Translations under genes and position numbers: made by a program | In this document: positions 12,610 to 25,981 of the stretch, one piece after another | Numbering within the stretch: the first letter of the stretch is position 1 | How the letters are laid out: each line of letters opens with the position of its first letter | Source: Macrostomum lignano | Lineage: Eukaryota | Reading direction: 5' to 3' | Assembly: GCA_002269645.1 (NCBI GenBank) | Contig: NIVC01002921.1 | Span: 65,835 to 129,834, forward strand | DNA: 64,000 nt | The notes under the pieces: generated by a model | The model's input: only the letters and a program-made list of their open reading frames with translations | Databases searched by the model: none | Told to the model about the DNA's origin: nothing

Positions 12610-13045
12610 TGGAGGGAGAAAGGAGGGCATTGAGTGAGAAAAGGAGCATTGAGGGAGAAAAGGAGGGCAGGTAGGGAGAAAAGGAGGGCAAGGAGGGAGA
12701 AAGGGGGGCAGGGAGGGAGAAAGGAGGGCAAGGAGGGAGAAAGGAGGGCAGGGAGGGAGAAAAGGAGGGCAGGGAGGGAGAAAAGGAGGGCAGGTAGGGA
12801 GAAAAGGAGGGCAAGGAGGGAGAAAGGAGGGCAGGGAGGGAGAAAAAGAGGGCAGGGAGGGAGAAAGGAGGGCAGGGAGGGAGAAAAGAAGGGCAGATAG
12901 GGAGAAAGGAGGGCAGGGAGGGAGAAAAGGAGGGCAGGGAGGGAGAAAAGGAGGGCAGGGAGGGAGAATGGAGGGCAGGGAGGGAGAAAAGGAGGGCAGG
13001 GAGGGAGAAAAAAAGGGCAGGGAGGGAGAAAGGAGGGCAGGGAGT
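12610..13045. repeat. 20-21 nt purine-rich minisatellite (GAGGGAGAAAAGGAGGGCAGG)n between RRP36 and TMCO4
   Basis: Direct inspection; several GGG tracts per unit. Confidence 0.93.
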
Positions 13046-13429
13046 GACGGTGATAGCTGAGGCGCAGGTATCGAGCCGCAGCGGACAGGGAGAGAGTGGG
13101 CAGTGCTGAGTAATTTATGCTTACTTAGGCTCGCCCGAGCACTGCAGAGCTACACCCCTCCCCTCAGTCAGTTTGCTTGGCTATCTTATCAAACTCTGGC
13201 GCGTGGCAGCGCTCTGAGACATGAATAATTTGTGTTCTGTTTCTGTTTTATCGGCATTTCATTTTCAAAACAAACCACTATTGAGGAAATTTACCACCAC
13301 TTGTGCTCCAGATTGCAAAGCCAATCCAATCTGCCTGTCAATTTCTCCACCGGAGCATTTGAACGGCAGTCTAAACTAATCTCTACTCATTTTCTTGGAT
13401 TTTATAAATTTCAATAGTCTGCAAAAGCA

Positions 13430-16400
13430 ATGTTTAAAAAAAAACCCGCCGCAAGCAAGCCGGCTGCCGCAGCAGCAGCAGACGAGGCAAAGCAGAAGCT
13501 GCAAGCAGAGCCCGGGGCTGAGGCGACAGCCCGGCTCAACAATAACAACAGCGGCATGCTCTCTGATGCCGGCATCTTTGCCTACTGCTCTCTCACTGCT
13601 ACCGCTCTGGCCCAGCTGTACCCAGAGGACTGGCACAAGTGAGCTCTCTGGTTCCCAGGGGTTGGGGTCTTTCTGCTGGTCTCAGCTTCTAGCCCTAAAG
13701 TGAGAACATCTCGTGTCTTCTATCTCCTTTCTGCACCTTTATCTCTTTACCCTCCCCTTCATCTCTTCACCCGCCTCCCCGCTCTGACCCCCGCCCACCA
13801 CCCGCCTCCCCGCTCTGACCCCCGCCCACCACCCGCTTCGCCGCTCTGACCCCCGCCCACCACCCGCCTCCCCGCTCTGACCCCCACCCACCACCCGCCT
13901 CCCCGCTCTGACCCCGCCCACCACCCGCTTCGCCGCTCTGACCCCGCCCACCACCCGCCTCCCCGCTCTGACCCCCGCCCACCACCCGCCTCCCCGCTCT
14001 GACCCCGCCCACCACCCGCCTCCCCGCTCTGACCCCCACCCACCACCCGCCTCCCCGCTCTGACCCCCGCCCACCACCCGCCTCCCCGCTCTGACCCCCG
14101 CCCACCACCCGCCTCCCCGCTCTGACCCCGCCCACCACCCGCCTCCCCGCTCTGACCCCCGCCCACCACCCGCTTCGCCGCTCTGACCCCGCCCACCACC
14201 CGCCTCCCCGCTCTGACCCCCACCTACCACCCGCCTGTCCACAGGGAATTCCGCGAGAAGTTCCTGGCCGACGTGCTCCACAAGCGGCCGGATTCGATTC
14301 GCAACTCGGCCACCGCCATCCTTCGGCACGGCCAGGCCGACTGTTCTATGCTGCCGTTCGCCGAGGCACTGCTGACCGAGGAGTCCGTCCGCGCCTGCCC
14401 GGAGATGGTGCTGCAGGACCTCCTGCTGGTCGCACTGCGCGAAGGCTGCTACGACGCCAGGGCTCGCTACCTGCTGAAGCACGTGGCCTTCGCCATGCGG
14501 ATCAGCTGGGCCTCGCTGGAGGAGTGGGAGCTCAAGACTGCCGCGCTGTTGAACGATCCGGCCAGCGAGGCCGAGGTGGTGGACGAGGCGATGAAGAGGA
14601 ACAGGTGATGCTGCAGATCTTGTTACGTAACTTGGATCGCGCTAGGCGCGAATGAGTGCTCGTAGCTACCGTTATTATTATTATTGAGACAGTCGGTGGC
14701 GCCACATAATTATTAAGAGAGTAGGTGGCGCCACATTGATACAGTCAGTGGCGCCAAATTATTGAGACAGTCAATGGCGTCAACTTATTGAAAGTCGGTG
14801 GCGCCACATCATTGAGAGAGTCGTTGGCGCCACATCATTGAGAGAGTCGTTGGCGCCACATCATTGAGAGAGTCGGTGGCGCCACATCATTGAGAAAGGC
14901 AGTGGCGCCACGTTATTGAGAGAGTCGGTGGCGCCACATCATTGAGAGAGTCGGTGGCGCCACATCATTGAGAAAGCCAGTGGCGCCACATCATTGAGAA
15001 AGGCAGTGGCGCCACGTTATTGAGAGAGTCGGTGGCGCCACATCATTAAGAAAGGCAGTGGCGCCACGTTATTGAGAGAGTCGGTGGCGCCACATCATTG
15101 AGAGAGTCGGTGGCGCCACATCATTCAGAGAGTCGGTGGCGCCACATCATTTAGAAAGGCAGTGGCTCCACGTTATTGAGAGAGTCGGTGGCGCCACATC
15201 ATTGAGAAAGTCAGTGGCGCCACAATATTGAGAAAGTCAGTGGCGCCACAATATTGAGAGAGTCAGTGGCACCAACTTATCGAGACAGTCAATGGCGCCA
15301 CACTATTATGACAGTCAGTGGCGCCACAATATTGAGACAGTCAGTGGCGCCACAATATTGAAACAGTCAGTGGCGCCACAATATTGAGAAAGTCGGTGGC
15401 ACCACATTATTGAGACAGTCAGTGGCGCCACAATATTGAAACAGTCAGTGGCGCCACAATATTGAGAGAGTCAGTGGCACCAACTTATCGAGACAGTCAA
15501 TGGCGCCACACTATTGCGAGTCCGTGGCGCCACAATATTGAGACAGTCAGTGGCGCCACAATATTGAGACAGTCAGTGGCGCCACAATATTAAGACAGTC
15601 AGTGGCGCCACAATATTGAAACAGTCAGTGGCGCCACAATATTGAGACAGTCAGTGGCGCCACAATATTGAGAGTCAGTGGCACCAACTTATTGAGACAG
15701 TCAATGGCGCCACAATATTGAGACAGTCAGTGGCGCCACAATATTGAGAAAGTCAGTGGCGCCACAATATTGAGACAGTCAGTGGCGCCACAATATTGAG
15801 ACAGTCAGTGGCACCACAATATTGAGACAGTCAGTGGCGTTACGTTATTGAGAGAGTCGGTGGCGCCACAATATTGAGACAGTCAGTGGCGCCACAATAT
15901 TGAGACAGTCAGTGGCGCCACAATATTGAGAGAGTCGGTGGCACCACATTATTGAGACAGTCAGTGGCGCCACAATATTGATAAAGTCGGTGGCACCACA
16001 TTATTGAGACAGTCAGTGGCGCCACAATATTGAGACAGTCAGTGGCGCCACAATATTGAGACAGTCAGTGGCGCCACAATATTGAGAGAGTCGGTGGCAC
16101 CAACTTATCGAGACAGTCAATGGCGCCACAATATTAATAAAGTCGGTGGCACCACATTATTGAGACAGTCAGTGGCGCCACAATATTGAGACAGTCAGTG
16201 GCGCCACAATATTGAGAGAGTCAGTGGCACCAACTTATCGAGACAGTAAATGGCGCCACACTATTGCGAGTCCGTGGCGCCACAATATTGAGACAGTCAG
16301 TGGCGCCACAATATTGAGACAGTCAGTGGCGCCACAATATTGAGAGAGTCAGTGGCACCAACTTATCGAGCCAGTCAATGGCGCCACACTATTGCGAGTC

Positions 16401-19400
16401 CGTGGCGCCACAATATTGAGACAGTCAGTGGCGCCACAATATTGAGACAGTCAGTGGCGCCACAATATTGAGAGAGTCGGTGGCGCCACAATATTGAGAC
16501 AGTCAGTGGCGCCACAATATTGAGACAGTCAGTGGCGCCACAATATTGAGACAGTCAGTGGCGCCACAATATTGAGACAGTCAGTGGCACCAAATCCAAT
16601 ATCGTTGATGGCAACCGCGCATCTGCAGGCGCCGCAAGGTGAACCGCGCCTTCTTAATCGGCGCCAGCGCCGTCGGCGGCGGCCTGCTGATCGGCCTGAC
16701 GGGCGGACTGGCCGCCCCGCTGGTGGCCGCCGGCGCCGGCGTCATCATCGGCGGGGCGGGCGCCGCCGCCATCGGCACCGCGGCAGGCGCGGCCGTCCTC
16801 GGCTCCGTGTTCGGCGTGGCGGGCGCCGGCCTGACGGGCTGGAAGATGCGCAAGCGCGTGGGCAGCCTGGCGCAGTTCCAGTTTGTCCAGCTGACCCCGC
16901 CGCCTACTCCGCAGCTGCACCTGTGCATCGCAGTGTCGGGCTGGATTGATCAGGGCGACCTGGACTTCCTGCTGCCCTGGCAGTCCCTGGCTATGAGCCC
17001 CGAGCAGTACGCGCTCTGCTGGGAGTCGCGCTACCTCAAGGAGATGGGCCAGGCGTTGGACTACTTCATGTCCTATCTGAAGTCCTTCGCTATCCAGGTG
17101 AGCTCTTCTTGCTTTACCAATCTCGTGTGCCCTCCCTAACAATCTCGTGTCCCCTCCCTAACAATCTCGTGTCCCCTCCCTAACAATCTCGTGTCCCCTC
17201 CCTAACAATCTCGTGTCCCCTCCCTAACAATCTCGTGTCCCCTCCCTAACAATCTCGTGTCCCTCCCTAACAATCTCGTGTCCCTCCCTAACAATCTCGT
17301 GTCCCCTCCCTAACAATCTCGTGTCCCTCCCTAACAATCTCGTGTCCCCTCCCTAACAATCTCGTGTCCCCTCCCTAACAATCTCGTGTCCCCTCCCTAA
17401 CAATCTCGTGTCCCCTCCCTAACAATCTCGTGTCCCCTCCCTAACAATCTCGTGTCCCCTCCCTAACAATCTCGTGTCCCTCCCTAACAATCTCGTGTCC
17501 CTCCCTAACAATCTCGTGTCCCTCCCTAACAATCTCGTGTCCCCTCCCTAACAATCTCGTGTCCCCTCCCTAACAATCTCGTGTCCCTCCCTAACAATCT
17601 CGTGTCCCCTCCCCATTAATCTCATGCCCCCTCCCTAACAATCTCATGTCCCCTCCCCATTAATCTCATGCCCCCTCCCTAACAATCTCATGTCCCCTCC
17701 CCATTAATCTCATGCCCCCTCCCTACTAATCTCATGTCCCCTCCCCATTAATCTCATGCCCCCTCCCCATTAATCTCATGCCCCCTCCCCATTAATCTCA
17801 TGTCCCTTCCTCACCAATCTCATGTCCCTTCCTGACCAATCTCATGTCCCTTCCTCACCAATCTCATGTCCCTTCCTCACCAATCTCATGTCCCTTCCTC
17901 ACCAATCTCATGTCCCCTCCCCACCAATCTCATGTCCCTTCCTGACCAATCTCATGTCCCCTCCTCACCAATCTCATGTCCCCTCCCTATTAATCTCATG
18001 CCCCCTCCCCATTAATCTCATGTCCCCTCCCCCCAATCTCATGTCCCTTCCTCACCAATCTCATGTCCCCTCCCCATAAATCTCATGTCCCTTCCTGACC
18101 AATCTCATGTCCCTTCCTGACCAATCTCATGTCCCTTCCTGACCAATCTCATGTCCCTTCCTGACCAATCTCATGTCCCCTCCCCACCAATCTCATGTCC
18201 CTTCCTGACCAATCTCATGTCCCCTCCCCATAAATCTCATGTCCCTTCCTGACCAATCTCATGTCCCTTCCTGACCAATCTCATGTCCCTTCCTGACCAA
18301 TCTCATGTCCCTTCCTGACCAATCTCATGTCCCTTCCTGACCAATCTCATGTCCCTTCCTGACCAATCTTATGTCCCTTCCTGACCAATCTCATGTCCCT
18401 TCCTGACCAATCTCATGTTCCTTCCTGACCAATCTCATGTCCACTTCCCATTAATCTCATGCCCCCTCCCCATTAATCTCATGCCCCCTCCCTACTAATC
18501 TCATGTCCCCTCCTCACCAATCTCATGTCCCCTCCCTATTAATCTCATGCCCCCTCCCCATTAATCTCATGTCCCCTCCTCACCAATCTCATGTCCCCTC
18601 CCCATTAATCTCATGCCCCCTCCCTACTAATCTCATGTCACCTCCTCACCAATCTCATGTCCCTTCCCTATTAATCTCATGCCCCCTCCCCATTAATCTC
18701 ATGTCCCCTCCCCCCAATCTCATGTCCCTTCCTCACCAATCTCATGTCCCCTCCCCACCAATCTCATGTCCCTTTCTGACCAATCTCATGTCCCTTCCTG
18801 ACCAATCTCATGTCCCTTCCTGACCAATCTCATGTCCCTTCCTGACCAATCTCATGTTCCTTCCTGACCAATCTCATGTCCACTTCCCATTAATCTCATG
18901 CCCCCTCCCCATTAATCTCATGCCCCCTCCCTACTAATCTCATGCCTCCTCCCCATTAATCTCATGTCCCCTCCTCACCAATCTCATGTCCCCTCCCCAT
19001 TAATCTCATGCCCCCTCCCTACTAATCTCATGTCACCTCCTCACCAATCTCATGTCCCCTCCCTATTAATCTCATGCCCCCTCCCCATTAATCTCATGTC
19101 CCCTCCTCACCAATCTCATGTCCCCTCCCCATTAATCTCATGCCCCCTCCCTACTAATCTCATGTCCCCTCCTCACCAATCTCATGTCCCCTCCCTATTA
19201 ATCTCATGTCCCCTCCCCCCAATCTCATGTCCCTTCCTCACCAATCTCATGTCCCCTCCCCACCAATCTCATGTCCCTTCCTGACCAATCTCATGTCCCT
19301 TCCTGACCAATCTCATGTCCCTTCCTGACCAATCTCATGTCCCTTCCTGACCAATCTCATGTCCCTTCCTGACCAATCTCATGTCCCTTCCTGACCAATC

Positions 19401-22400
19401 TCATGTTCCTTCCTGACCAATCTCATGTCCCTTCCTGACCAATCTCATGTTCCTTCCTGACCAATCTCATGTCCCTTCCTGACCAATCTCATGTTCCTTC
19501 CTGACCAATCTCATGTCATTTCGCCACCCCGCAGGAAACGCTGAAGCTGACGGTGCTGTCGGGCCTGCTAGCGGCGATCACCTGGCCGGCCGCGGTACTG
19601 TCCGCCTCCAACGTAATCGACAACCCCTGGTCCGTGTGCGGCAACAGGGCTGTGGAAGGCGGCAAGGTGCTGGCCGACGTGCTGCTGAGCCGGGAGTACG
19701 GCCAGCGGCCGGTCACCCTGATCGGCTTCAGCATGGGCGCCAAGCTGATCTTCAGCTGCCTGCAGGAGCTGGCGAGTAGGAAGAAGGGTGAGAGTCTCGG
19801 AGTGGCTGGCTGTATGTGTTGCCTGGCAGGGGTTAATCGATTGGTTTAATAACTGGTTAAATTGATTGAGTGCACTATTTATTTGTTGATAGACTCACTA
19901 CTCGATTGATTGATTGATGCGTCGGTTTATTGATTTGTTTTTTTAGTTTGTTTGTTGATTAACTGTCTACGGGTACTTGATTGATCGATTTATTGATTAA
20001 CCTGCTGATTTATTGATTGACAGGTTCATTCGTTGACTGATTGATTGGTGACTGATTAATCAGTTGGTGACTGGTGACTGACTGATTATTGATTGATTGA
20101 TTTGTTGGTTGATTGATCAATTGATTGATTGACAGATTGATTAATTAATTGATTGATTGACAGGTTCTTTAGTCAATCGATTGATTGATAGGTTGATTAG
20201 TTCATTGATTGACAGGTTGATTAGTTCATTGATTGACAGGTTGATTAGTTAATTGCTTGATTGACAGGTTGATTAGTTAATTGATTGGTTGACAGATTGA
20301 TTAATTAATTGATTGATTGACAGGTTCTTTAGTCAATCGATTGATTGATAGGTTGATTAGTTCATTGATTGACAGGTTGATTAGTTCATTGATTGACAGG
20401 TTGATTAGTTAATTGCTTGATTGACAGGTTGATTAGTTAATTGATTGGTTGACAGATTGATTAATTAATTGATTGATTGACAGGTTCTTTAGTCAATCGA
20501 TTGATTGATAGGTTGATTAGTTCATTGATTGACAGGTTGATTAGTTCATTGATTGACAGGTTGATTAGTTAATTGATTGATTGACAGGTTGATTAGTTAA
20601 TTGATTGGTTGACAGATTGATTAATTAATTGATTGATTGACAGGTTCTTTAGTCAATCGATTGATTGATAGGTTGATTAGTTCATTGATTGACAGGTTGA
20701 TTAGTTCATTGATTGACAGGTTGATTAGTTAATTGATTGATTGACAAGTTGATTAGTTACATGTAATTGATTGGTTGACAGGTTGATTAGTTAATTGACA
20801 AGTTGTTTAGTTGATTGATTGATTGATTGATTGACAGGTTGCTTGATTGACAGGTAAATTGATTGTTTGTTTGTTTGAGACATTGATTGAATGATTGATT
20901 GAAATCACTGACAATTATTTGGTGTTGGCTACTTGGCGATTCTAACCCCCCAGTAACCCAGAGTTCTTCAGGTGAGAACTTTAATAAAAACAGTTTTTTA
21001 GTCCAAATTCAAAGTATTTGATGTACTAAACTGGATAATTCGCTTATAATTTACCAACACTGCAGACCCACTGGAAGCGGGTGAGGCATTCGGTTTATTC
21101 AGTGTTTGTTTCGATGTTGTCAAGTATTACGCAACAAATAGGCTCTGTTGTGATTTATTGCGTTATATTTCTTAATATTCAAACTGTTGTTTTGCTAGAA
21201 CTTCCTTCACCATAAAATATCGCAATAAATTTTATTTAAGTAGTAAGCGTGTGCTTATTTTTACTTTTTCTCTATTAGTCTTTAGTTTTTAGTTTTCATT
21301 TCTAGTTTTACTTGTCAAAGTATTATTAAATTTCAGGCTTGTTGGATTAGTAAAATTGTTGTTTTCAACTGCTGGTTCCCTTCCTTCAGGCGGGTATCTG
21401 AGGCCGCTCACCCCATCCTTCAGGCGGGTATCTGAGGCCGCTCACCCCATCCTTCAGGCGGGTATTTGAGGCCGCTCACCCCATCCTTCAGGCGGGTATC
21501 TGAGGCCGCTCACCCCATCCTTCAGACGGGTATCTGAGGCCGCTCACCCCATCCTTCAGGCGGGTATCTGAGGCCGCTCACCCCATCCTTCAGGCGGGTA
21601 TCTGAGGCCGCTCACCCCATCCTTCAGGCGGGTATCTGAGGCCGCTCACCCCATCCTTCAGGCGGGTATCTGAGGCCGCTCACCCCATCCTTCAGGCGGG
21701 TATCTGAGGCCGCTCACCCCATCCTTCAGGCGGGTATCTGAGGCCGCTCACCCCATCCTTCAGGCGGGTATCTGAGGCCGCTCACCCCATCCTTCAGGCG
21801 GGTATCTGAGGCCGCTCACCCCATCCTTCAGGCGGGTATCTGAGGCCGCTCACCCCATCCTTCAGGCGGGTATCTGAGGCCGCTCACCCCATCTTTCAGG
21901 CGGGTATCTGAGGCCGCTCACCCCATCCTTCAGGCGGGTATCTGAGGCCGCTCACCCCATCCTTCAGGCGGGTATCTGAGGCCGCTCATTCATCCTTCAG
22001 ATCCTTCAGGCGGGTATCTGAGGCAACCTACTCAAACTTCTCTATTTGAGGCCGCTCACTCATCTGAGTCTCTCCCCTCCCCAGGTGTGGAGGGCATCAT
22101 CGAGGACGTGTACCTGCTGGGCGCCCCCGTGTCGGGCTCGGCCAAAGACTGGAGCCCGTTCGCCCGCGTGGTGTCGGGCAAGATCGTGAACTGCTACTGC
22201 CGCACCGACTGGTTCCTGAAGTTCATGTACCGGACAATGTCGGCCAGCTTCAGCCTGGCCGGCCTCGGACCAGTCCAGTGGTCGGACAGGCGCATGTGCA
22301 ACCTGGACCTCACCTCGATGATCGGCGGTCACAAGGACTACTTCAAGAAGATGTCGGAGATTCTGCCCATCATCGGCGTGCCGACTACCGACAAGCCCAA

Positions 22401-22725
22401 GCCCGTCCTCAGCCGCCTGCCCACCGCCTCGGCGCCGCAGCTTGGCATCCGGCCGCCCGTTGATGTTCTCGCTCCAGCTGCTGCTGTGGTCCCGGGTTCG
22501 AGACCAACGGCTGAGGACGCTGGCGCGGCCGCACCGGCCAAGTCGGACAGCCGGGCCCGCTCGGCCAGTTTGTCCCGCCTGGACGAGGCCCGACGCCGTC
22601 TGCTGGCCGAGGAGGCTGGCGGCGTCCCCGTCGCCGCCGCGGCGCCTTCAGCCGCACCGGCCACTTCGGCTGAGGTTGCAAGTTCGAATCCCGCCACACG
22701 TATCGGAGCTGTCAAGGCTGTGTGA
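13430..22725 (+). CDS. TMCO4: TMCO4 / DUF726 (Mil1-like) alpha/beta-hydrolase-fold membrane protein, 5 exons, about 643 aa
   Basis: Exons 13430-13638, 14245-14604, 16629-17097, 19535-19787, 22085-22725 join in frame (phases 2,2,0,1). Hallmarks: YDARAR, LIGLTGGLAAPLVAAG, DNPWSVC, RPVTLIGFSMGAK, IEDVYLLGAP, DWFLKFMYR, GHKDY. Confidence 0.92.
13765..14232. repeat. 30-31 nt C-rich minisatellite (CCCGCCTCCCCGCTCTGACCCCCGCCCACCA)n, TMCO4 intron 1
   Basis: Direct inspection; runs into the acceptor GTCCACAG. Confidence 0.94.
14690..16592. repeat. 26-nt minisatellite (GAGACAGTCAGTGGCGCCACAATATT)n, TMCO4 intron 2
   Basis: Period 26 (15541 to 15567); the unit contains palindromes GTGGCGCCAC and CAATATTG. 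Confidence 0.95.
17130..19515. repeat. 21-22 nt minisatellite (AATCTCRTGTCCCYTCC..)n, TMCO4 intron 3
   Basis: Unit changes along the array from TAACAATCTCGTGTCCCCTCCC to CCAATCTCATGTCCCTTCCTGA. Confidence 0.95.
19900..20900. repeat. Degenerate GATT-based repeat with longer duplicated blocks, TMCO4 intron 4
   Basis: Recurrent GATTGACAGGTTGATTAGTT and GACAGGTTCTTTAGTCAATCG blocks. Confidence 0.85.
21383..22024. repeat. 34-nt homogeneous minisatellite (CCTTCAGGCGGGTATCTGAGGCCGCTCACCCCAT)n, about 18 copies, TMCO4 intron 4
   Basis: Head-to-tail with no spacers and very few substitutions. Confidence 0.95.
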
Positions 22726-22789
22726 TTTTGTAGTCCATTGAGTTTTCGGGATTCGATGCGATTGCAACGATTTCTTATAAATAAGGTAG

Positions 22790-23545
22790 ATAAGGTAGAG
22801 GCAAGAAGTAGATAAGGATAAGGCTGAAGGGAGACAGGTAGATAAGGCTGAAGGGAGACAGGTAGATAAGGCTGAAGGGAGAGAGGTAAATAAGGTTGAA
22901 GGGAGAGAGGTAAGTAAGGTAGAGGGGAGAGAGGTAGATAAGGCTGAAGGGAGAGAGGTAGATAAGGTTGAAGATAAGGTTGAAGGGAGAGAGGTAAATA
23001 AGGTAGAGGGGAGAGAGGTAGATAAGTTTGAAGGGAGAGAGGTAGATAAGGTAGAGGCGAGAGAGGTAGATAAGGTAGATGGGGAACAGGTAGGTAAGGC
23101 TGAAGGGAGAGAGGTAGATAGGTAGAGGTGAGAGAGGTAGATAAGGTTGAAGATAAGGTTGAAGGGAGAGAGGTAAATAAGGTAGAGGTGAGAGAGGTAG
23201 ATAAGGTTGAAGGGAGAGAGGTAGATAAGGTTGAAGGGAGAGAGGTGAATAAGGTAGAGGTGAGAGAGGTAGATAAGGTTGAAGGGAGAGAGGTAGATAA
23301 GGTTGAAGGGAGAGAGGTGAATAAGGTAGAGGTGAGAGAGGTAGATAAGGTTGAAGGGAGAGAGGTAGATAAGGTAGAGGGGAGAGAGGTAGATAGGTTT
23401 GAAGGGAGAGAGGTAGATAAGGTAGAGGTGAGAGAGGTAGATAAGGTAGAGGGGAAAGAGGTAGATAGGGTAAAGGGGAGAGAGGTAGATAGGGTAGAGG
23501 GGAGAGAGGTAGATAGGGTAGAGGGGAGAGAGGTAGATATGGTAG
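22790..23545. repeat. 24-nt purine-rich minisatellite (GAGGTAGATAAGGTTGAAGGGAGA)n 3' of TMCO4
   Basis: Direct inspection. Confidence 0.92.
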
Positions 23546-24315
23546 GAGGGAGGGACTGGGAAGAAAAGGAGAGTTTAATCCCACAGTCCACAAGTTCCTC
23601 TTTTATCTAGTTAGCTTTAAACGTTGTTACTTTACTTTCCAGTAGCCTGAATGGCTGAATGAATAATTCAGATAATTGAGTTCTGTTGATTAATTATTTA
23701 AATTTCATTCGGCTAATTAGCATATTTTTGTTTAACTGCTTGTCTGTCTCGTAGTTTCTAAGTCCGCTTTTTTAATTTGTCGCATTATTTTTCCTCGCAT
23801 CATAGTTATCCAAGAATTTTACCATAACTGTTATTTGCTTACACATAAACATTTCCTCAGAGTGTAATAAAGTCTTGTCCGTTGATTTTGTGATATTTTA
23901 TGCCTAATGCTTTGCTAATTTTCCCGCAGAGCACAGCTGTTCGTTCAAGGATTTTTCTGTTTATTTTATGTTCCAATTTTGCTACTGGCATCGCCGGGGT
24001 GTGGGCAGTAGTGCGATGCGAATATTCATATCAGATGGCAAATTCTGTTGTACATGGCTTTTGGTTGTACTGCTCGCACAGTGAGCCTGGCCTTCCGCAC
24101 TGTGTCAGTTAAATATTACTGCAAGTAGCTATTTTTGGCTAGTTTTAAATATCAAATTGCCAATAATTATTTTTTAAGCGCTTCTGTGCCGTGTCTCTTT
24201 TGCTGCTCAGAATGCAAGCATAAATGATGGATTTGTGTCCGTGGTAGACTTTTTTGTATCGTTCATTGTCCAAATAATTATTCAATATTCAATTACTATG
24301 GGTCGCTTTGACAAG

Positions 24316-24655
24316 CTCAAAACTTCATGAGTTCGAACTTTATGAGCTCAAAACTTCATGAGTTCGAACTTTATGAGCTCAAAACTTCATGAGTTCGAAC
24401 TTTATGAGCTCAAAACTTCATGAGTTCGAACTTTATGAGCTCAAAACTTCATGAGCTCGAAACTTCATAAGCTCGAAACTTCATGAGCTCAAAACTTTGA
24501 GTTTTTGAACTTCATGAGCTTAAAGCTTAATGAGCTTAAAACTTCTTCATGAGCTCAAAACTTTGAGTTTTTGAACTTCATGAGCTCAAAGCTTAATGAG
24601 CTTAAAACTTCTTCATGAGCTCAAAACTTCATGATCTCAAAACTTAATGAGCTCC
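24316..24655. repeat. Palindrome-rich repeat of about 15-16 nt (AAACTTCATGAGCTCA / GAACTTTATGAG)
   Basis: Units contain TCATGA, GAGCTC, TTCGAA and AAGCTT. Confidence 0.88.
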
Positions 24656-25138
24656 AATATTCGGAAATTCTTGTTAAAGTTTTGATTTTGTTAAGCGACC
24701 TCCGAATCGTGGCTTTTTGTGGTATATTAAATTAAATTTTTTTGCCCTGCCGTCAGCTGTTTTTCTGTTAATTTTTTTATTCTGTAAAGTTGAGATTCCA
24801 CTCTCTTGAGTTGAGTTGAGCGGCGTCTAAGGCAACTCCCATTTTTGGAAGTTTTTCCTCAACTTCTTAAATTTCCTCGGGAAACCGGATCGCCCTGCCA
24901 GATTGCCGCAATCGCGGAAATGCGAAACTTATTTGAGGCAGTGAAAGACCTTTATTGGTCTGGCTTAACCTTTGCTTTTTGAGACCTGTCCAACTTGTCA
25001 AACGCAGCGGTTGACAGCGTGGGCATCTGCCAACCAGGTGGCCTGACAACGGGGATAAATATCCCCATTCGGCCTATCGGCCCCTCCCTTCCAGTATCGC
25101 AGGCCCAACTCTCAGCATAGCCATTCAGACAGAGCGCC

Positions 25139-25552
25139 ATGATTTCCCAGCCTCTACTTGCTCTTCTTCTAGCCGTAGCTGCGGCACTTATCCCCAGTCC
25201 AGTTGCTATGGCAACCGCGGCCGAGCCGGTCTGCCTGTCCGCCCAGGCCCTGGCCTGGCCCCGGACCCTCGGCGGGGCGCCGGACCCGCTGCGCACCTAC
25301 AAGATGAGCCCGCACTCTGACGGCACCTGCCACTTCACTCTGCTCCCGGACTCGGGGGACCCCAGCCTGAAGTACCTGGTCCGCATGGACCCGGCCGGCC
25401 GCAACCCGGCCGAGTGCCGCAGGTGCGTGGCCAGCGGCTGCGAGCTGGTGACCCCGCCGAGCCAGACGGAGCCCGGCTGCGTGTACCGGTTGAGCAACTC
25501 TTGCCAGTTTGTGAGCGTCCGGGCCAGCGACCCGAGCCAGGCTTGTCCCTGA
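25139..25552 (+). CDS. Secreted 8-cysteine protein, paralogue 1 (137 aa, single exon), family unknown
   Basis: Hydrophobic signal MISQPLLALLLAVAAAL, GC-rich coding-like sequence, 8 Cys, and collinear similarity to the adjacent gene at 25982. Confidence 0.85.
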   Translation: MISQPLLALLLAVAAALIPSPVAMATAAEPVCLSAQALAWPRTLGGAPDPLRTYKMSPHSDGTCHFTLLPDSGDPSLKYLVRMDPAGRNPAECRRCVASGCELVTPPSQTEPGCVYRLSNSCQFVSVRASDPSQACP

Positions 25553-25981
25553 GCACACCTGGATTAGAAACCCACTGAGCGCTGCAATCTTAACCATGCT
25601 GTGTATTGCATCATTGAAATACAAGATTCTAAATATAGCTATCTATGCTGTTACTTTGGTGTACTGTTTAATAAGCCTGCTAAATCTGCTCTACTAACTT
25701 TAAAACCGAAAGCACTGAGAGACTATGGCTCGTATTTCTGCAAAAAAACGGAGCAAAATTTTAAGCCGCGCTCGCTTTGCTCAAAGATCAAAGCAAATGT
25801 GAGAGAGTGGCATTGGTAACTGGGTATGGCCGCAGCGCCAGCTGCCAACCAGATGCGGTCCTCTACTAGAGGCACTTCAGAAATAAATATCTTCACATTT
25901 TTTTAGAAATTTTACTTCAACTCGCGAATCGAACAAGTTGAGAGAGAGAGAAACTTTTTTAAAAAATTAGCCAAGCCAAAA

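Noticed and set aside
21383-22024. CRISPR-like 34-nt repeat array
   Set aside because: Head-to-tail with no spacers, inside a spliceosomal intron, no cas genes.
10959-22725. ALS2-RRP36-TMCO4 as an operon
   Set aside because: Same strand, but gaps are 2.3 kb and 1 kb, with a MITE and repeats in them; there is no direct evidence of polycistronic transcription.
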